DNA of 42,867 bases from a virus (Duplodnaviria; Caudoviricetes). Each line of letters begins with the position of its first letter. Positions within the stretch are counted from its first letter, which is position 1. The stretch covers positions 1 through 42,867 of the IMG/VR virus record IMGVR_UViG_3300014169_000011; one strand, written 5' to 3'. The translations under genes were made by a program, and so were the position numbers. This document shows positions 9,020-18,299 of the stretch, piece by piece. The notes under the pieces are model-generated. The model did no database searches and was not told the origin of the DNA. It saw only the letters and a program-made list of their open reading frames with translations.

Positions 9020-10974
9020 TGGACCTGCCCGTCACCCACTTGGACCTGGAAACGCGGAGCCGCGCCGACCTGCTCAAGGTCGGAGCGCCCCGGTATGCCG
9101 AGGACCCGTCAACGGAAATCCTCTGCGGCTCGTATCAGGTGAGTGGCGGGCCTCTTCAGCACGGAACGCGGATCCAGGGCATCGTTCGAGCCCACAACGC
9201 GTTGTTTGAACGATCAGTCCTGAACGCGAAGACGCCGGGCCTGAACCTGCGACCCGAACAGATGGATTGCACGCTCGCGAGAGCGTGCGCCGTCGGTCTG
9301 CCCGCCTCGCTCGAACAGCTCGGCAAAGTCCTTAAGGTCCCTGTCCAGAAGGACAAGGAAGGCCACCGGCTCATGCTGAAAATGTGCCGGCCCAAGAAGA
9401 TTCACGCCGATGGCAGGATCGAATGGCATGAAGACCCGGCTGAACTTGCGCGCCTCGCCGACTATTGCGATCGTGATGTCGAGTCCGAGTGTGCTGTGGA
9501 TGGCGTTCTCCCTCAACTGTCACTGCGGGAGCGCGCTGTGTGGACCCTCGACCAGCATGTCAACGACAGAGGTTTTGCTGTTGACCTGCCAAAGGTGCGA
9601 GCGGCGCTTGACGCTGTCGGTGAAGCTCGAAGACGTGCCGATCGCCGCATCTGGGAACTCACGAACGGGGCGGTGAGCGCCTGCACCCAGACCAAGAAGA
9701 TCGTCGAATGGATCAGGTCGCGAGGCATCCCCTGCGAGAGCATCGCCAAGGGCGAGGTTCCTGAACTCGTCATCCGCGCCGACCTCTTCGATGAACCCCT
9801 GGTCGAAGAGGTCATCACGCTGCGGCGGGCGACGACCCGGATGTTCCGCTTCGACAAGATCCTGGCCTGGGCCTGCCGCGACGGGCGGGTCCGTGGCGCG
9901 TTCCAGTACCACAAGGCTCACACCGGGCGCTGGGCGGCCTGGACGCAGTCGTTCCCGAGGGTGGACGACCCGGAGGCTGTCAGCGACGTCCTGGACGCCG
10001 TGGCGCGTTGGGGCGCGGCCAAAGCCGTCGACTACCTGGAGTGCGCCCACGACGCGCCCCTGAGGCTGCTCAGCCAGTGCCTGCGCCCTATGGTCGTCGC
10101 GCCGCCGGGCAAGAAACTCATCGGCGGGGACTTCTCCAACATCGAGGGCCGCGTCGCCGCCTGGTTCGCGCGGATGAAGTGGAAGCTCGAGGCGTTCAAG
10201 GCCTACGACGAAGGGACGGGTCCTGACCTGTACCTCGTCATGGCCGCCAGTATTCTCAACATCGAGGTTGGCGAGGTCTCACGGCTGCACCGGCAGAGCC
10301 ACGGCAAGGTCCCCGAGCTCGCCGCACAATTTCAGGGCGCCGTCGCCGCCTTTCAGAAGATGGCCCACACCCAGGACCCGCCGGTCAAGGTGACGAACCA
10401 AGAGGCCCGCCGGATCGTCAACCTCTGGCGCGACAAGAACGACGCCATCGTCGACTGCTGGAAGGAGCTTCAGGATGCCGCCATCACCGCCGTCGAACAC
10501 CGAGGACTTGTCGTCCCTGTGCTTGGTGACAGGGTCCGGTACGTGTTCGATGGGAAGTGGCTATACTGCCGCCTGCCGTCGGGACGGGCTCTGCACTATG
10601 CGTCTCCATCAGTTAGGTGGAAGACCCACACCATCACCACCGACGACGGCGACGAGATCGAGTTCAACTCCCTCGGAGTGACCTACTACGGGGTCGACGG
10701 CGGCGCCTGGCGGCCGATCGACCTCTACGGCGGGATGCAGTTCAACCACATCGTCCAAGGCTTCAGCCGGGACCTGCTGGTCGAAGCGATGTTCGCTGTC
10801 GAAGACGCCGGCTACCCGATCGTCATGCACACGCACGACGACATCATCTGCGAAATCGGGGCCTCCTTCGGAGTCCCAGACGCATTCAGCGATCTGATGC
10901 GGGTGGCGGCCGAGCGCTTGGCGCCGGGACTGCCGGTGAGCGTGAAAGCATGGGAAGGCCCGAGATGGCTTTAA
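9019..10974 (+). CDS. Family A DNA polymerase with 3'-5' exonuclease
   Basis: Exonuclease motifs DLETRS, HNALFER and YCDRD; HTGRW; motif A DFSNIEGR; motif B RQSHGKVPEL; motif C HTHDD. TGATG start at 9019. Confidence 0.93.
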   Translation: MDLPVTHLDLETRSRADLLKVGAPRYAEDPSTEILCGSYQVSGGPLQHGTRIQGIVRAHNALFERSVLNAKTPGLNLRPEQMDCTLARACAVGLPASLEQLGKVLKVPVQKDKEGHRLMLKMCRPKKIHADGRIEWHEDPAELARLADYCDRDVESECAVDGVLPQLSLRERAVWTLDQHVNDRGFAVDLPKVRAALDAVGEARRRADRRIWELTNGAVSACTQTKKIVEWIRSRGIPCESIAKGEVPELVIRADLFDEPLVEEVITLRRATTRMFRFDKILAWACRDGRVRGAFQYHKAHTGRWAAWTQSFPRVDDPEAVSDVLDAVARWGAAKAVDYLECAHDAPLRLLSQCLRPMVVAPPGKKLIGGDFSNIEGRVAAWFARMKWKLEAFKAYDEGTGPDLYLVMAASILNIEVGEVSRLHRQSHGKVPELAAQFQGAVAAFQKMAHTQDPPVKVTNQEARRIVNLWRDKNDAIVDCWKELQDAAITAVEHRGLVVPVLGDRVRYVFDGKWLYCRLPSGRALHYASPSVRWKTHTITTDDGDEIEFNSLGVTYYGVDGGAWRPIDLYGGMQFNHIVQGFSRDLLVEAMFAVEDAGYPIVMHTHDDIICEIGASFGVPDAFSDLMRVAAERLAPGLPVSVKAWEGPRWL

Positions 10975-11216
10975 GTGAGATCGAGCTTCGGACCTCCGAG
11001 CAGCGCGCCCTCTTCAACGCGCTGAAGGCCGGCGGCGACGTGCACATCGACACCTTGTTCAAGGCGATCGGCGGACCTCGGCACCTGTCAACCACCCTGA
11101 AGCGCCAGGAGTACCTCGGGTCCTACATGACGCGGCTGCGTCGCAAGCTGCAGCCGCACGGCCTGACGATCCGACTCGGCGACCTGCGCCACACCTATCG
11201 CCTCAACGTCGTCTAG
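10965..11216 (+). CDS. Second small OmpR-type winged-helix protein
   Basis: 83 aa from ATG 10965; LGSYMTRLRRKL...TIRLGDLRHTYRL. Confidence 0.6.
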   Translation: MALSEIELRTSEQRALFNALKAGGDVHIDTLFKAIGGPRHLSTTLKRQEYLGSYMTRLRRKLQPHGLTIRLGDLRHTYRLNVV

Positions 11217-11225
11217 GAGCGCCCC

Positions 11226-13142
11226 ATGGCGCTGCGCGATCAGCTCCTGGCGTCGGCCCTCGACATGGCCGCGCGCGGCTACCTGATCTTCCCGCTGACC
11301 CCCGGCGCGAAGACCCCGGCGGTGAAGGACTGGCAAGGTCACGCGACATCCGATCCCGAGATCATCCGCAAGGTCTGGGCGCACGGCGACTACAACATCG
11401 GCGTCAAGACCGGCGCCGGGCTCCTGGTCGTCGACATCGATATCAAGAAGGGCAAGCAAGGCGCGTCGAGCTTCGCAGCCCTTGGCCTGACGGCCGAAGA
11501 GAAGGACACCTTTCGGGTCAAGACCGCTTCAGGAGGTTGGCATGTCTACTATCGTTACGATCCCGCTTTGGTTTTTGGCAACAATGCTGGTCGCCTCGGC
11601 GACGGGCTGGATGTTCGCGGTGACGGTGGCTACGTCGTGGGTCCTGGATCGGTGCTCACGAATGGCTCGGGCCAGGGCTCGTACACTCTTGAACTCGACC
11701 ACCCGCTTGCCGCTCTGGCAGCCTCCGTCCGGGGACGCCTGGCTGAGCGCCGCCCGCGACCGGAGGGCGGAACGACGGAACCAATTGTCGATCTGGACCG
11801 ACCAGATGCGATCCAGCGGGCTATCGATTACCTCCGCGTCGACGCACCAACGTCGGGTTCATATCAGGTTGCCGCGCGACTAAAGGACTTCGGCGTCTCG
11901 AAGGAAACCGCCGCCCTCCTGCTAGAGGAACACTGGAATGACCGTCGCGCCACGCCGCACACGTTCGAGGAACTCGAAGAGAAGGTCGCCCACGCCTACA
12001 CGTACGGGACGTCTGCACCGGGTTCTGATCATCCTGCCGCTGCTTTTGGTGGTGTCGATCTTGAGCCTCCTGCTCGTCCTGTGCAGCCGCCCGCCGCTTC
12101 TGACGCATGGCGCCACGGCGATGGCTGGAACAAGAACATCCGATGGCTTTACCACGAGGCTCTCCCCGCTGTTGGTGTCGGTGTCGTGGTCGGATCGCCC
12201 CAGGCCGGAAAGACGTTTGTCTGTGTCGAGCTTGGGCGCAGCGCGGCCAGCGGTAAGCCGTTCTTCAATGTCACGCCCGATCGAAGGGTCGGTGTGGTGT
12301 TCCTTTTCGCGGGGTCGGAGGGATCAAGCTTCCCTATGCGAATGGAGGCCCTTGACGAGAAGGACCCACTCCCCATCACCGCCTTCTCCGTCGGAGACCT
12401 ATCCGCGCGCGGCGCCCTCGGAACTCTACTGGCCCTGCTCCGGACTGAATCCGCCCGGATGCAGAGGGCCTTTGGTGTGCCCCTCGGGCTCGTGTTTCTA
12501 GAGACCCTGAACGCCTCGGGCCTGCTGGTCGACGAGCACAACAACTCAGAGATCGGCGTCGCCTTCGCGAACCTCGGAACACTTTCGCGTGAACTCGACG
12601 CCCTCGTCATCACCACCCATCACCCGCCGAAGAACGGCGAGGGCGCGCGTGGCGGCGGCGCGATCATCGCCTCGGCCGACTACGTGCTGGAGATCATCCG
12701 CGAGGGCACTGAGGCTGTCCGGTTTCTCGAGCTGACGAAGGCGCGTGACGCCGAACAGCGGCAACTCGGGACCTTCACCCTGCTGCAGGCCAACCTGGGC
12801 GAGGACGACCGCGGCAGACCGATCACGTCGATGACCGTGAGCATGGGCGAGCCGATGACCCGCCAGGGCAGGCGGACACAGTACGCCGAGACCTTCATGC
12901 AGGCGCTGGAGTTCGCGATCATGGAGACGGCCGGGCCGGTGGAGGGCTACCGAGCGGCCGAGTACAATCTGGTGCTCAAGATATTCAGCGATCTGAAGAC
13001 CGGCTCGAAGGAGCGGTCGGCGGCGGTGAACGCCTTCAGGAAGTGCTTCGACTACGCGAAGGACGCCGGCGCCGTCGACAGCGCCATGTTCGCCGGCGAG
13101 CGATACATCTGGACTAAGGAGATAACCGATGGAACTGCATGA
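11226..13142 (+). CDS. Bifunctional primase-polymerase (Prim-Pol) fused to an AAA_25/RepA-like helicase
   Basis: IFPL.PG.K.P, NIGV, VVDID, TASGGWHVYY, LDVRGDGGYVVGPGS; Walker A GSPQAGKT; THHPPK. Confidence 0.9.
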   Translation: MALRDQLLASALDMAARGYLIFPLTPGAKTPAVKDWQGHATSDPEIIRKVWAHGDYNIGVKTGAGLLVVDIDIKKGKQGASSFAALGLTAEEKDTFRVKTASGGWHVYYRYDPALVFGNNAGRLGDGLDVRGDGGYVVGPGSVLTNGSGQGSYTLELDHPLAALAASVRGRLAERRPRPEGGTTEPIVDLDRPDAIQRAIDYLRVDAPTSGSYQVAARLKDFGVSKETAALLLEEHWNDRRATPHTFEELEEKVAHAYTYGTSAPGSDHPAAAFGGVDLEPPARPVQPPAASDAWRHGDGWNKNIRWLYHEALPAVGVGVVVGSPQAGKTFVCVELGRSAASGKPFFNVTPDRRVGVVFLFAGSEGSSFPMRMEALDEKDPLPITAFSVGDLSARGALGTLLALLRTESARMQRAFGVPLGLVFLETLNASGLLVDEHNNSEIGVAFANLGTLSRELDALVITTHHPPKNGEGARGGGAIIASADYVLEIIREGTEAVRFLELTKARDAEQRQLGTFTLLQANLGEDDRGRPITSMTVSMGEPMTRQGRRTQYAETFMQALEFAIMETAGPVEGYRAAEYNLVLKIFSDLKTGSKERSAAVNAFRKCFDYAKDAGAVDSAMFAGERYIWTKEITDGTA

Positions 13143-13644
13143 ACTTCCCCCCGGCGTCCGCATCGACCACACGGTCGGGCGGATCAACGTCAACGGCCTG
13201 GTGCTGGTGCTCGGGCAGACCGAAGCCCTGATCTCAGATGAGACGGACGACAAGAACGCCTACGGGATGACCCTGAGACCGAAGTGGCTGATGTCGGTGC
13301 ATCTGCCGCCTTCGACGATGAAGTTCCTGCACCGGCAGCTCACCGAGCTCGTCCGCGTCTACGAGTCGATCAACGGTGAAATCCCTCAAGACGCGCCTCA
13401 GGTCACTGGCGGGTTGCGCGTCGTCGCCGACAACACGCCTACGAAAACAGATCAGCCAGAAGAGCCGCCTCATCAGGGCGCTCAGCAGCAAGCTCGGCTG
13501 TTCTCGCTGGACTGGTTTGGAGGAAACCGGCGTTACTTCGACTCGCCTGCGTCCGAGCCAGCAGCTCGTCCAGACCATCATCCGCAGCCGGCCGAAGATC
13601 CCCGGCCCGAACCCGAGCCGTCACCGTCATCACCGAAGCCATGA
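13129..13644 (+). CDS. Hypothetical protein, DUF3467-like N-terminal region
   Basis: Strong AAGGAG RBS; VHLPPSTMKFLHRQLTELVRVYE..NGEI pattern. The C-terminus is low complexity and overlaps an antisense gene. Confidence 0.6.
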   Translation: MELHELPPGVRIDHTVGRINVNGLVLVLGQTEALISDETDDKNAYGMTLRPKWLMSVHLPPSTMKFLHRQLTELVRVYESINGEIPQDAPQVTGGLRVVADNTPTKTDQPEEPPHQGAQQQARLFSLDWFGGNRRYFDSPASEPAARPDHHPQPAEDPRPEPEPSPSSPKP

Positions 13645-13852
13645 TCTGCGCCTTGATCCCGACGAGGCGAGCGAACTGCTTGTGGTCGGGATCGAGGGCC
13701 ATCGCCATCATCTGCTCGGCGAAGTCGAGCACGGCGGTCTGCAACTTCTCGAAGCGCTCGGGGTGTTTCAGAAGAGCATGTTCGATGCGTAGCCCGAGGA
13801 CTGGATCTGCGGTAGCTGCTTCTTCAGCCGCATCCCGATATCCACCCGCCAC
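13439..13852 (-). CDS. Hypothetical helical protein, last gene of the late arm (start uncertain)
   Basis: The C-terminal part of track ORF 13439..14557 reads as a natural helical protein (ERFEKLQTAVLDFAEQMM...LLADLFS). The GTG at 13852 is a tentative start. Confidence 0.5.
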   Translation of the reverse strand: MAGGYRDAAEEAATADPVLGLRIEHALLKHPERFEKLQTAVLDFAEQMMAMALDPDHKQFARLVGIKAQIMASVMTVTARVRAGDLRPAADDGLDELLARTQASRSNAGFLQTSPARTAELAAERPDEAALLADLFS

Positions 13853-15108
13853 ATGGGCGAGGCCGGCACCTTCACCTTTTCGAGCACGCGGTACGCCTTT
13901 GTCCGAGCGCTGCGCACGCTGTCGCCCACTCCCGACGCCACCAGCACGTAGTCCCCCGCCGTCGTCAGACAGGGCCGGGTCTCGACGCCGGGCGAGCTGT
14001 TCGGCCCGCTCGGTGTATCTTGGGGCGCCTGGCCTTGCTGCGCTTCGCACAGATGCACGTGCTGCTTCACGCTCGGGGTCAGCCCGAGGATCGGCACTCC
14101 GGTCACGTTCTCCATTGGCGTCTTGCCGTACGGGAACTCTGGCAGCGCCATCACCACCCCCACGGCTAGCGAGTTCAGCGAGAAGGGCTTGCTGTCGCGC
14201 CCTTCGCTTAGGCATGCCAACCATTCGACGTGGTCTCCTTTCACCAGGGCCTGCTGGATGTTGAAGGTAGGCCAGCCCATCCGCATCGTAAACTCCAGCG
14301 GCCATGGCTCGCCGTCTTCGTCGATGATGCAGTTGACGTCGACGTACCCGACGTATTTGAGCCGGACCAGCCGGTCTTCCAGGGGTTTCAGGACGCGGTC
14401 GAACAGCTTGCTGCGGGTGACGAATCGCAGGACGGTCCCCATCTCCCCGACGTTGGGACCTTTGTCGCCGGCCATCAGCGACTTGAACTCCCAATTCTCG
14501 CAGACAGCGGAGTTGAACCCGTGAGGACCGCACCAGGCCCCGACAGCCATTTCGCAACCGCTGACCTTTTCCTGCAGGATGAAGGCGCCTTTGAGCTTCT
14601 GGGCTCGCTTCCAGCGCTCGAGCATGTAGACGAGATCAGCGGGGCTCTTCGAGACGTAGGACAGGGATTTGTCTGCCTCGTCGTAACTGGGTTTGGAAAC
14701 GAAGGCCCGGCCTTCTTTCTTCACGTACGCGATGGCGTCATCGTAGCGGGAGAACTCCCGGAACGGTGGCACGGCTATACCGGCTTTCTTGAACGTCTCC
14801 TGGCCGGTCTTCCGGTCAAGTTCCCACGCGGCCGTCTCAACTGAGGCGCCGACGATCGGAGGGGAACCTGCCGCGCGCCAGGCGTCGAGTTCGCGCAGGT
14901 ATTTGGTGTTGTCGGAGAGGACGACGAGGTCGGCCCAGCGCTTGTGATCGCGCCAGTCGTCGGTGGTGCGCACGAGGCCCCGGCCGAAGTTCTTAGTGCG
15001 ATCCGTCTTCTTGAAGTGCCAGATGACGTCGTGGCCGTCGGCCTTCGCGCGCATCGCGAAGTCGAGCATGCCGTCGCCGCCGAAGTGATCGATCAGCAGC
15101 AACTTCAC
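13768..15108 (-). CDS. PurD (GAR synthetase)-like ATP-grasp ligase
   Basis: FVSKP, LQEKVSG.E, FKSLMAGDKGPNVGEMG (cf. PurD HKR..D.DTGPNTGGMG), LEFTMRMGWP and a C-terminal WRVDIG. Confidence 0.8.
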   Translation of the reverse strand: MKLLLIDHFGGDGMLDFAMRAKADGHDVIWHFKKTDRTKNFGRGLVRTTDDWRDHKRWADLVVLSDNTKYLRELDAWRAAGSPPIVGASVETAAWELDRKTGQETFKKAGIAVPPFREFSRYDDAIAYVKKEGRAFVSKPSYDEADKSLSYVSKSPADLVYMLERWKRAQKLKGAFILQEKVSGCEMAVGAWCGPHGFNSAVCENWEFKSLMAGDKGPNVGEMGTVLRFVTRSKLFDRVLKPLEDRLVRLKYVGYVDVNCIIDEDGEPWPLEFTMRMGWPTFNIQQALVKGDHVEWLACLSEGRDSKPFSLNSLAVGVVMALPEFPYGKTPMENVTGVPILGLTPSVKQHVHLCEAQQGQAPQDTPSGPNSSPGVETRPCLTTAGDYVLVASGVGDSVRSARTKAYRVLEKVKVPASPMWRVDIGMRLKKQLPQIQSSGYASNMLF

Positions 15109-18100
15109 GGAACGCCCAGGCTCTGCAGCCCCCTCGTCAGCGGATCGTTGCCCTCCTGCTTCCGAGCTTTCCCGCGCAGCATCTTCGCCGTCGACGCCTT
15201 GACGGAGCCCGGCGGCCGCGGCGGCAGGTCCAGGCCGAACATGTTGCCCGCCACCCGCTCGGCCCCCTGGCCGGGCTTGCCGAGGCCTTCGACGCCCTGC
15301 AGCGGCCCGAACTGGCTGAGCGCCGGATTGACCTCGCCGGCGATGTTGCCCGCTGGCGACTTGAACTTCGAGGCGAGATCCTCGCCGTAGAAGTCCTTCT
15401 GCTTGATCATCTCCGTCCCGAGCTCGGCCTCAGGCGACAGGTCGATCACTTGAGCGATGGCCTGCGCCGGACCTTCCTCGCCCTTGTAGAGCCGGCCGGC
15501 GGCGTCGGGCAGCGACAGCACTCCGCCGCGCTTTACGCGAGCGTTCTGGTTGCCGGTGGCGATCTTCAGGCCTTCGTCGATCGCCGGGATGATCATGGCG
15601 CCCATCACGGCCATGGCGACGAACTGGCCGGCGGCCTCGACCTTCTCTTCAGGCGTGCCCTTGGCGATCTTCTTGAACATGCGACCCCAGGCCGCAAGCT
15701 TGCTGTAGTGGTAGCGGCCGACGCTGAAGAAGCGGTTGTTGGCGAACATGTGGTGCAGCATCCGCCCGCCGGTCTTCGAGTCCATGATCTGCGCCGGCAC
15801 CCGGTAGTTCGGGATCATCTCTTCGGCCTTGCGGATGGCGTCTCGGATCGGCGTGCCTTTCTCCTGCAGCTCCAGGACCCGCTGCATCATCATCGTATCG
15901 CCCACCATCCACATCATCTTGTGCGACCATTCCTGGTAGGACTTGTAGAGTTTATCCGGGCGAATTTTAACGCCCATGGCATCCGTCAGCGCCTTGAAAG
16001 ACTTCAGGTCTTTGATGAGCTGCTGGCCGGCGGTGTCGGTCAGAAACGAATGGAAGTCCTGGGTGCGGGCGTCGGCGCTCAGCATGGCCGATCCCTCGCG
16101 CAGGTAGCGCTGGTACTTCGGCCCCATGGTCGCCACTTCGCGCCAGGCCTCGGGCAGAGTGCGGGCGAGACGGCCATAGCCTTGCGGGTGCAGCCAGTCC
16201 CAGCCGCGGCTCGCGCCCCAGAACTCGGCGATGTTCTTCGGGTGGACGAAGGGCGAGAGGAAGTTCGAGCGCAGCATGAAGTTGTTGATGCGATCCAGGC
16301 TGTCGACCCAATCCTCGCTGTGCTTCGGAAGCCAGTCCTTCAGCTCCTGGACCTGGGCGTCTTCGTGGTTGAACACCCAGCCCTTTAGCTGCGGCACGTC
16401 GGGGAGCGACTTGAAGCCTTTGGCCTCTTCCGGCCGCTTGGCGGAGCCGACGGTGCGGCGCCCGGTCTCCGGGTCGGGGTAGGTCCATTCCTCGCGGTGT
16501 GCGACGCCGCGCTCCTTCATGTCGCTCAGCGTCTGTTCGAGCACGTCGAGGTTCCGCTCGACCCGGCGAAGCTGGAAGACGTTGGCGATGGTGTTGTCGA
16601 TCGCGTCTTTCTTGTAGCGCGTCGGGCCGGCCGCCTCGATCTCCCGAGTCGTCGGCTGCGCCACCTTGAACGTCAGCGGCTTGGCGCCTGACGGGCCTTC
16701 ACCGGGCGGCCGGTACGTCATGCCGGGCTTCAGCTCGCGGTAGGCCTTGTCCTTGGCCGTGTCGACGACGGTGCGCTTGCCGCTGGAAGTGTCTTCGAGG
16801 ACGATGAACTTGCGCTGCTTCTGACTGTCCGCCGTCTTCACGAGGGACTTGCGGGACTGGAAGGGGCTTCGAGGTCCGCCTTGGTCGGAAGCATCCAGAA
16901 CGTTAGGCTGGTCGGATCGAATCCGATGCACGTACCCCTGATCTTCGAGGTAGGCATCGAGGGTAGGATCGGCTCGCTTGCGCAGGCGGTTGGAAATTTC
17001 AGTCTGTTCTTTGAGATACGGGTCCAGAGCCGCCTTGGCTTCCTGAAGTTCCGTCGGCATCGCCGCATCGGACTTAACCAGAGGCTCTTCCAAGGCATGA
17101 TACAGCGCCTCGCTCTTGTCGCCGTGCGCCTTCTGCAACTCGGCCCGCGCACGCCCGAGCTCGATCTTGTCCGCGATGTTCGATCCGTTCAAGCGGTACA
17201 GTGCGTTGGCCGTGCGGGTGGCCGGGTTGGTTTCGTCGCCGACGATCGACGTGCGCGGTGGAACCTCGACGGCTGCGGCCAAAGATCGCGGCTTGCCGGG
17301 ACCTCCTGTTGCCTGAAAAGGATCGCCTTCAACCGGCGTCATCTTCGGCGGTTTGGGCAGGGTGGTCGTATGCAGGCGCGCAGCGTCGCCGGCGGCAACC
17401 GCCTCGCGCCCACCGGCCAGGGCTTCTCGGCCGAGGCGTGACGCGCCGCGCAGGGCTTCAGCGCCCTCTGCGCCAGGGATAGGCGTCAAGGTCTCGGCGA
17501 CGTCGCCCAGCGCCCGCTCTGCGTCACCTGGCGCCGTCCTGCGCTGCTTGGCCTGGAACGCGGCGACCTTCGGATCGTGCTTCGCCACTTCTGAAGGGAC
17601 GTCATCCGGGAGGAAGTGAGACGCGGCTTCGGCGGCGCCGCCGATCGGGGACAGCGCAACCCCCAGGACATCGCCGCCGATCCGGCCCACGTCGACACCT
17701 GGAACGAAAGGGTTGGCCGCGGTAACGCCGGGGTGCTTGAGCGCATCGACGATGTCGCTTCCGGCTCTGCCCGCACGCTCAGCGGTCTTGGCGAAAGGGT
17801 TGCCGGCGTTCGGATCAACGGGCGCAGGGGCGGCGACCGGCGGCTTACTCGGAGCTTTCGGGGCTGGACTAGGAGCCTTTGCAGGCGGCGCGGCAGCGAA
17901 CGGATCGTGGTCAACAGGTGTCAGCGACGGGATGCGGCTGGGCGAATAGTGGATGTGGTCACCCTCATCCAGCAGCTCCTGAGGCTTCGGGTCCCGAGCC
18001 CTGATCGCAGCGACAGCCTGGGCGCGGGTCATGCCGGCCGGCGGCAGAAAGTCGATCGCGTCGTCCTTCAGGTGACGACTGTCCGAGACACCGCCGACTT

Positions 18101-18299
18101 CGCGATTATGTTCGGGCGAGCGCCAAGTGCTTGTGATCCGCGATCCGGGCACGTCGGCCAGCAGCTCGCCGCGGAGCGCCTCGTCCTGGGCGAACGGATC
18201 GTGGTCAACTGGCTGCAGCTTCGGAGCCGCTTTGACAGCAGCCGGTGTCTTTTGAGCGGCGAAGGGATCGTGATCGACAGGGACCAGTTGGGGCATCAC
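15105..18299 (-). CDS. Large internal virion (ejection) protein with an N-terminal peptidase M15-like domain
   Basis: ITSTWRSPEHNREVGGVSDSRHLKDDAIDF...DHIH fits the M15/LAS Zn motif; 1064 aa; last of three internal-protein genes. Confidence 0.75.
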   Translation of the reverse strand: MMPQLVPVDHDPFAAQKTPAAVKAAPKLQPVDHDPFAQDEALRGELLADVPGSRITSTWRSPEHNREVGGVSDSRHLKDDAIDFLPPAGMTRAQAVAAIRARDPKPQELLDEGDHIHYSPSRIPSLTPVDHDPFAAAPPAKAPSPAPKAPSKPPVAAPAPVDPNAGNPFAKTAERAGRAGSDIVDALKHPGVTAANPFVPGVDVGRIGGDVLGVALSPIGGAAEAASHFLPDDVPSEVAKHDPKVAAFQAKQRRTAPGDAERALGDVAETLTPIPGAEGAEALRGASRLGREALAGGREAVAAGDAARLHTTTLPKPPKMTPVEGDPFQATGGPGKPRSLAAAVEVPPRTSIVGDETNPATRTANALYRLNGSNIADKIELGRARAELQKAHGDKSEALYHALEEPLVKSDAAMPTELQEAKAALDPYLKEQTEISNRLRKRADPTLDAYLEDQGYVHRIRSDQPNVLDASDQGGPRSPFQSRKSLVKTADSQKQRKFIVLEDTSSGKRTVVDTAKDKAYRELKPGMTYRPPGEGPSGAKPLTFKVAQPTTREIEAAGPTRYKKDAIDNTIANVFQLRRVERNLDVLEQTLSDMKERGVAHREEWTYPDPETGRRTVGSAKRPEEAKGFKSLPDVPQLKGWVFNHEDAQVQELKDWLPKHSEDWVDSLDRINNFMLRSNFLSPFVHPKNIAEFWGASRGWDWLHPQGYGRLARTLPEAWREVATMGPKYQRYLREGSAMLSADARTQDFHSFLTDTAGQQLIKDLKSFKALTDAMGVKIRPDKLYKSYQEWSHKMMWMVGDTMMMQRVLELQEKGTPIRDAIRKAEEMIPNYRVPAQIMDSKTGGRMLHHMFANNRFFSVGRYHYSKLAAWGRMFKKIAKGTPEEKVEAAGQFVAMAVMGAMIIPAIDEGLKIATGNQNARVKRGGVLSLPDAAGRLYKGEEGPAQAIAQVIDLSPEAELGTEMIKQKDFYGEDLASKFKSPAGNIAGEVNPALSQFGPLQGVEGLGKPGQGAERVAGNMFGLDLPPRPPGSVKASTAKMLRGKARKQEGNDPLTRGLQSLGVP

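Noticed and set aside
13768-15108. Calling the ATP-grasp gene a bona fide purD auxiliary metabolic gene
   Set aside because: Key PurD motifs are altered, there are no other pur genes, and the context is the virion module. It is kept as PurD-like only.
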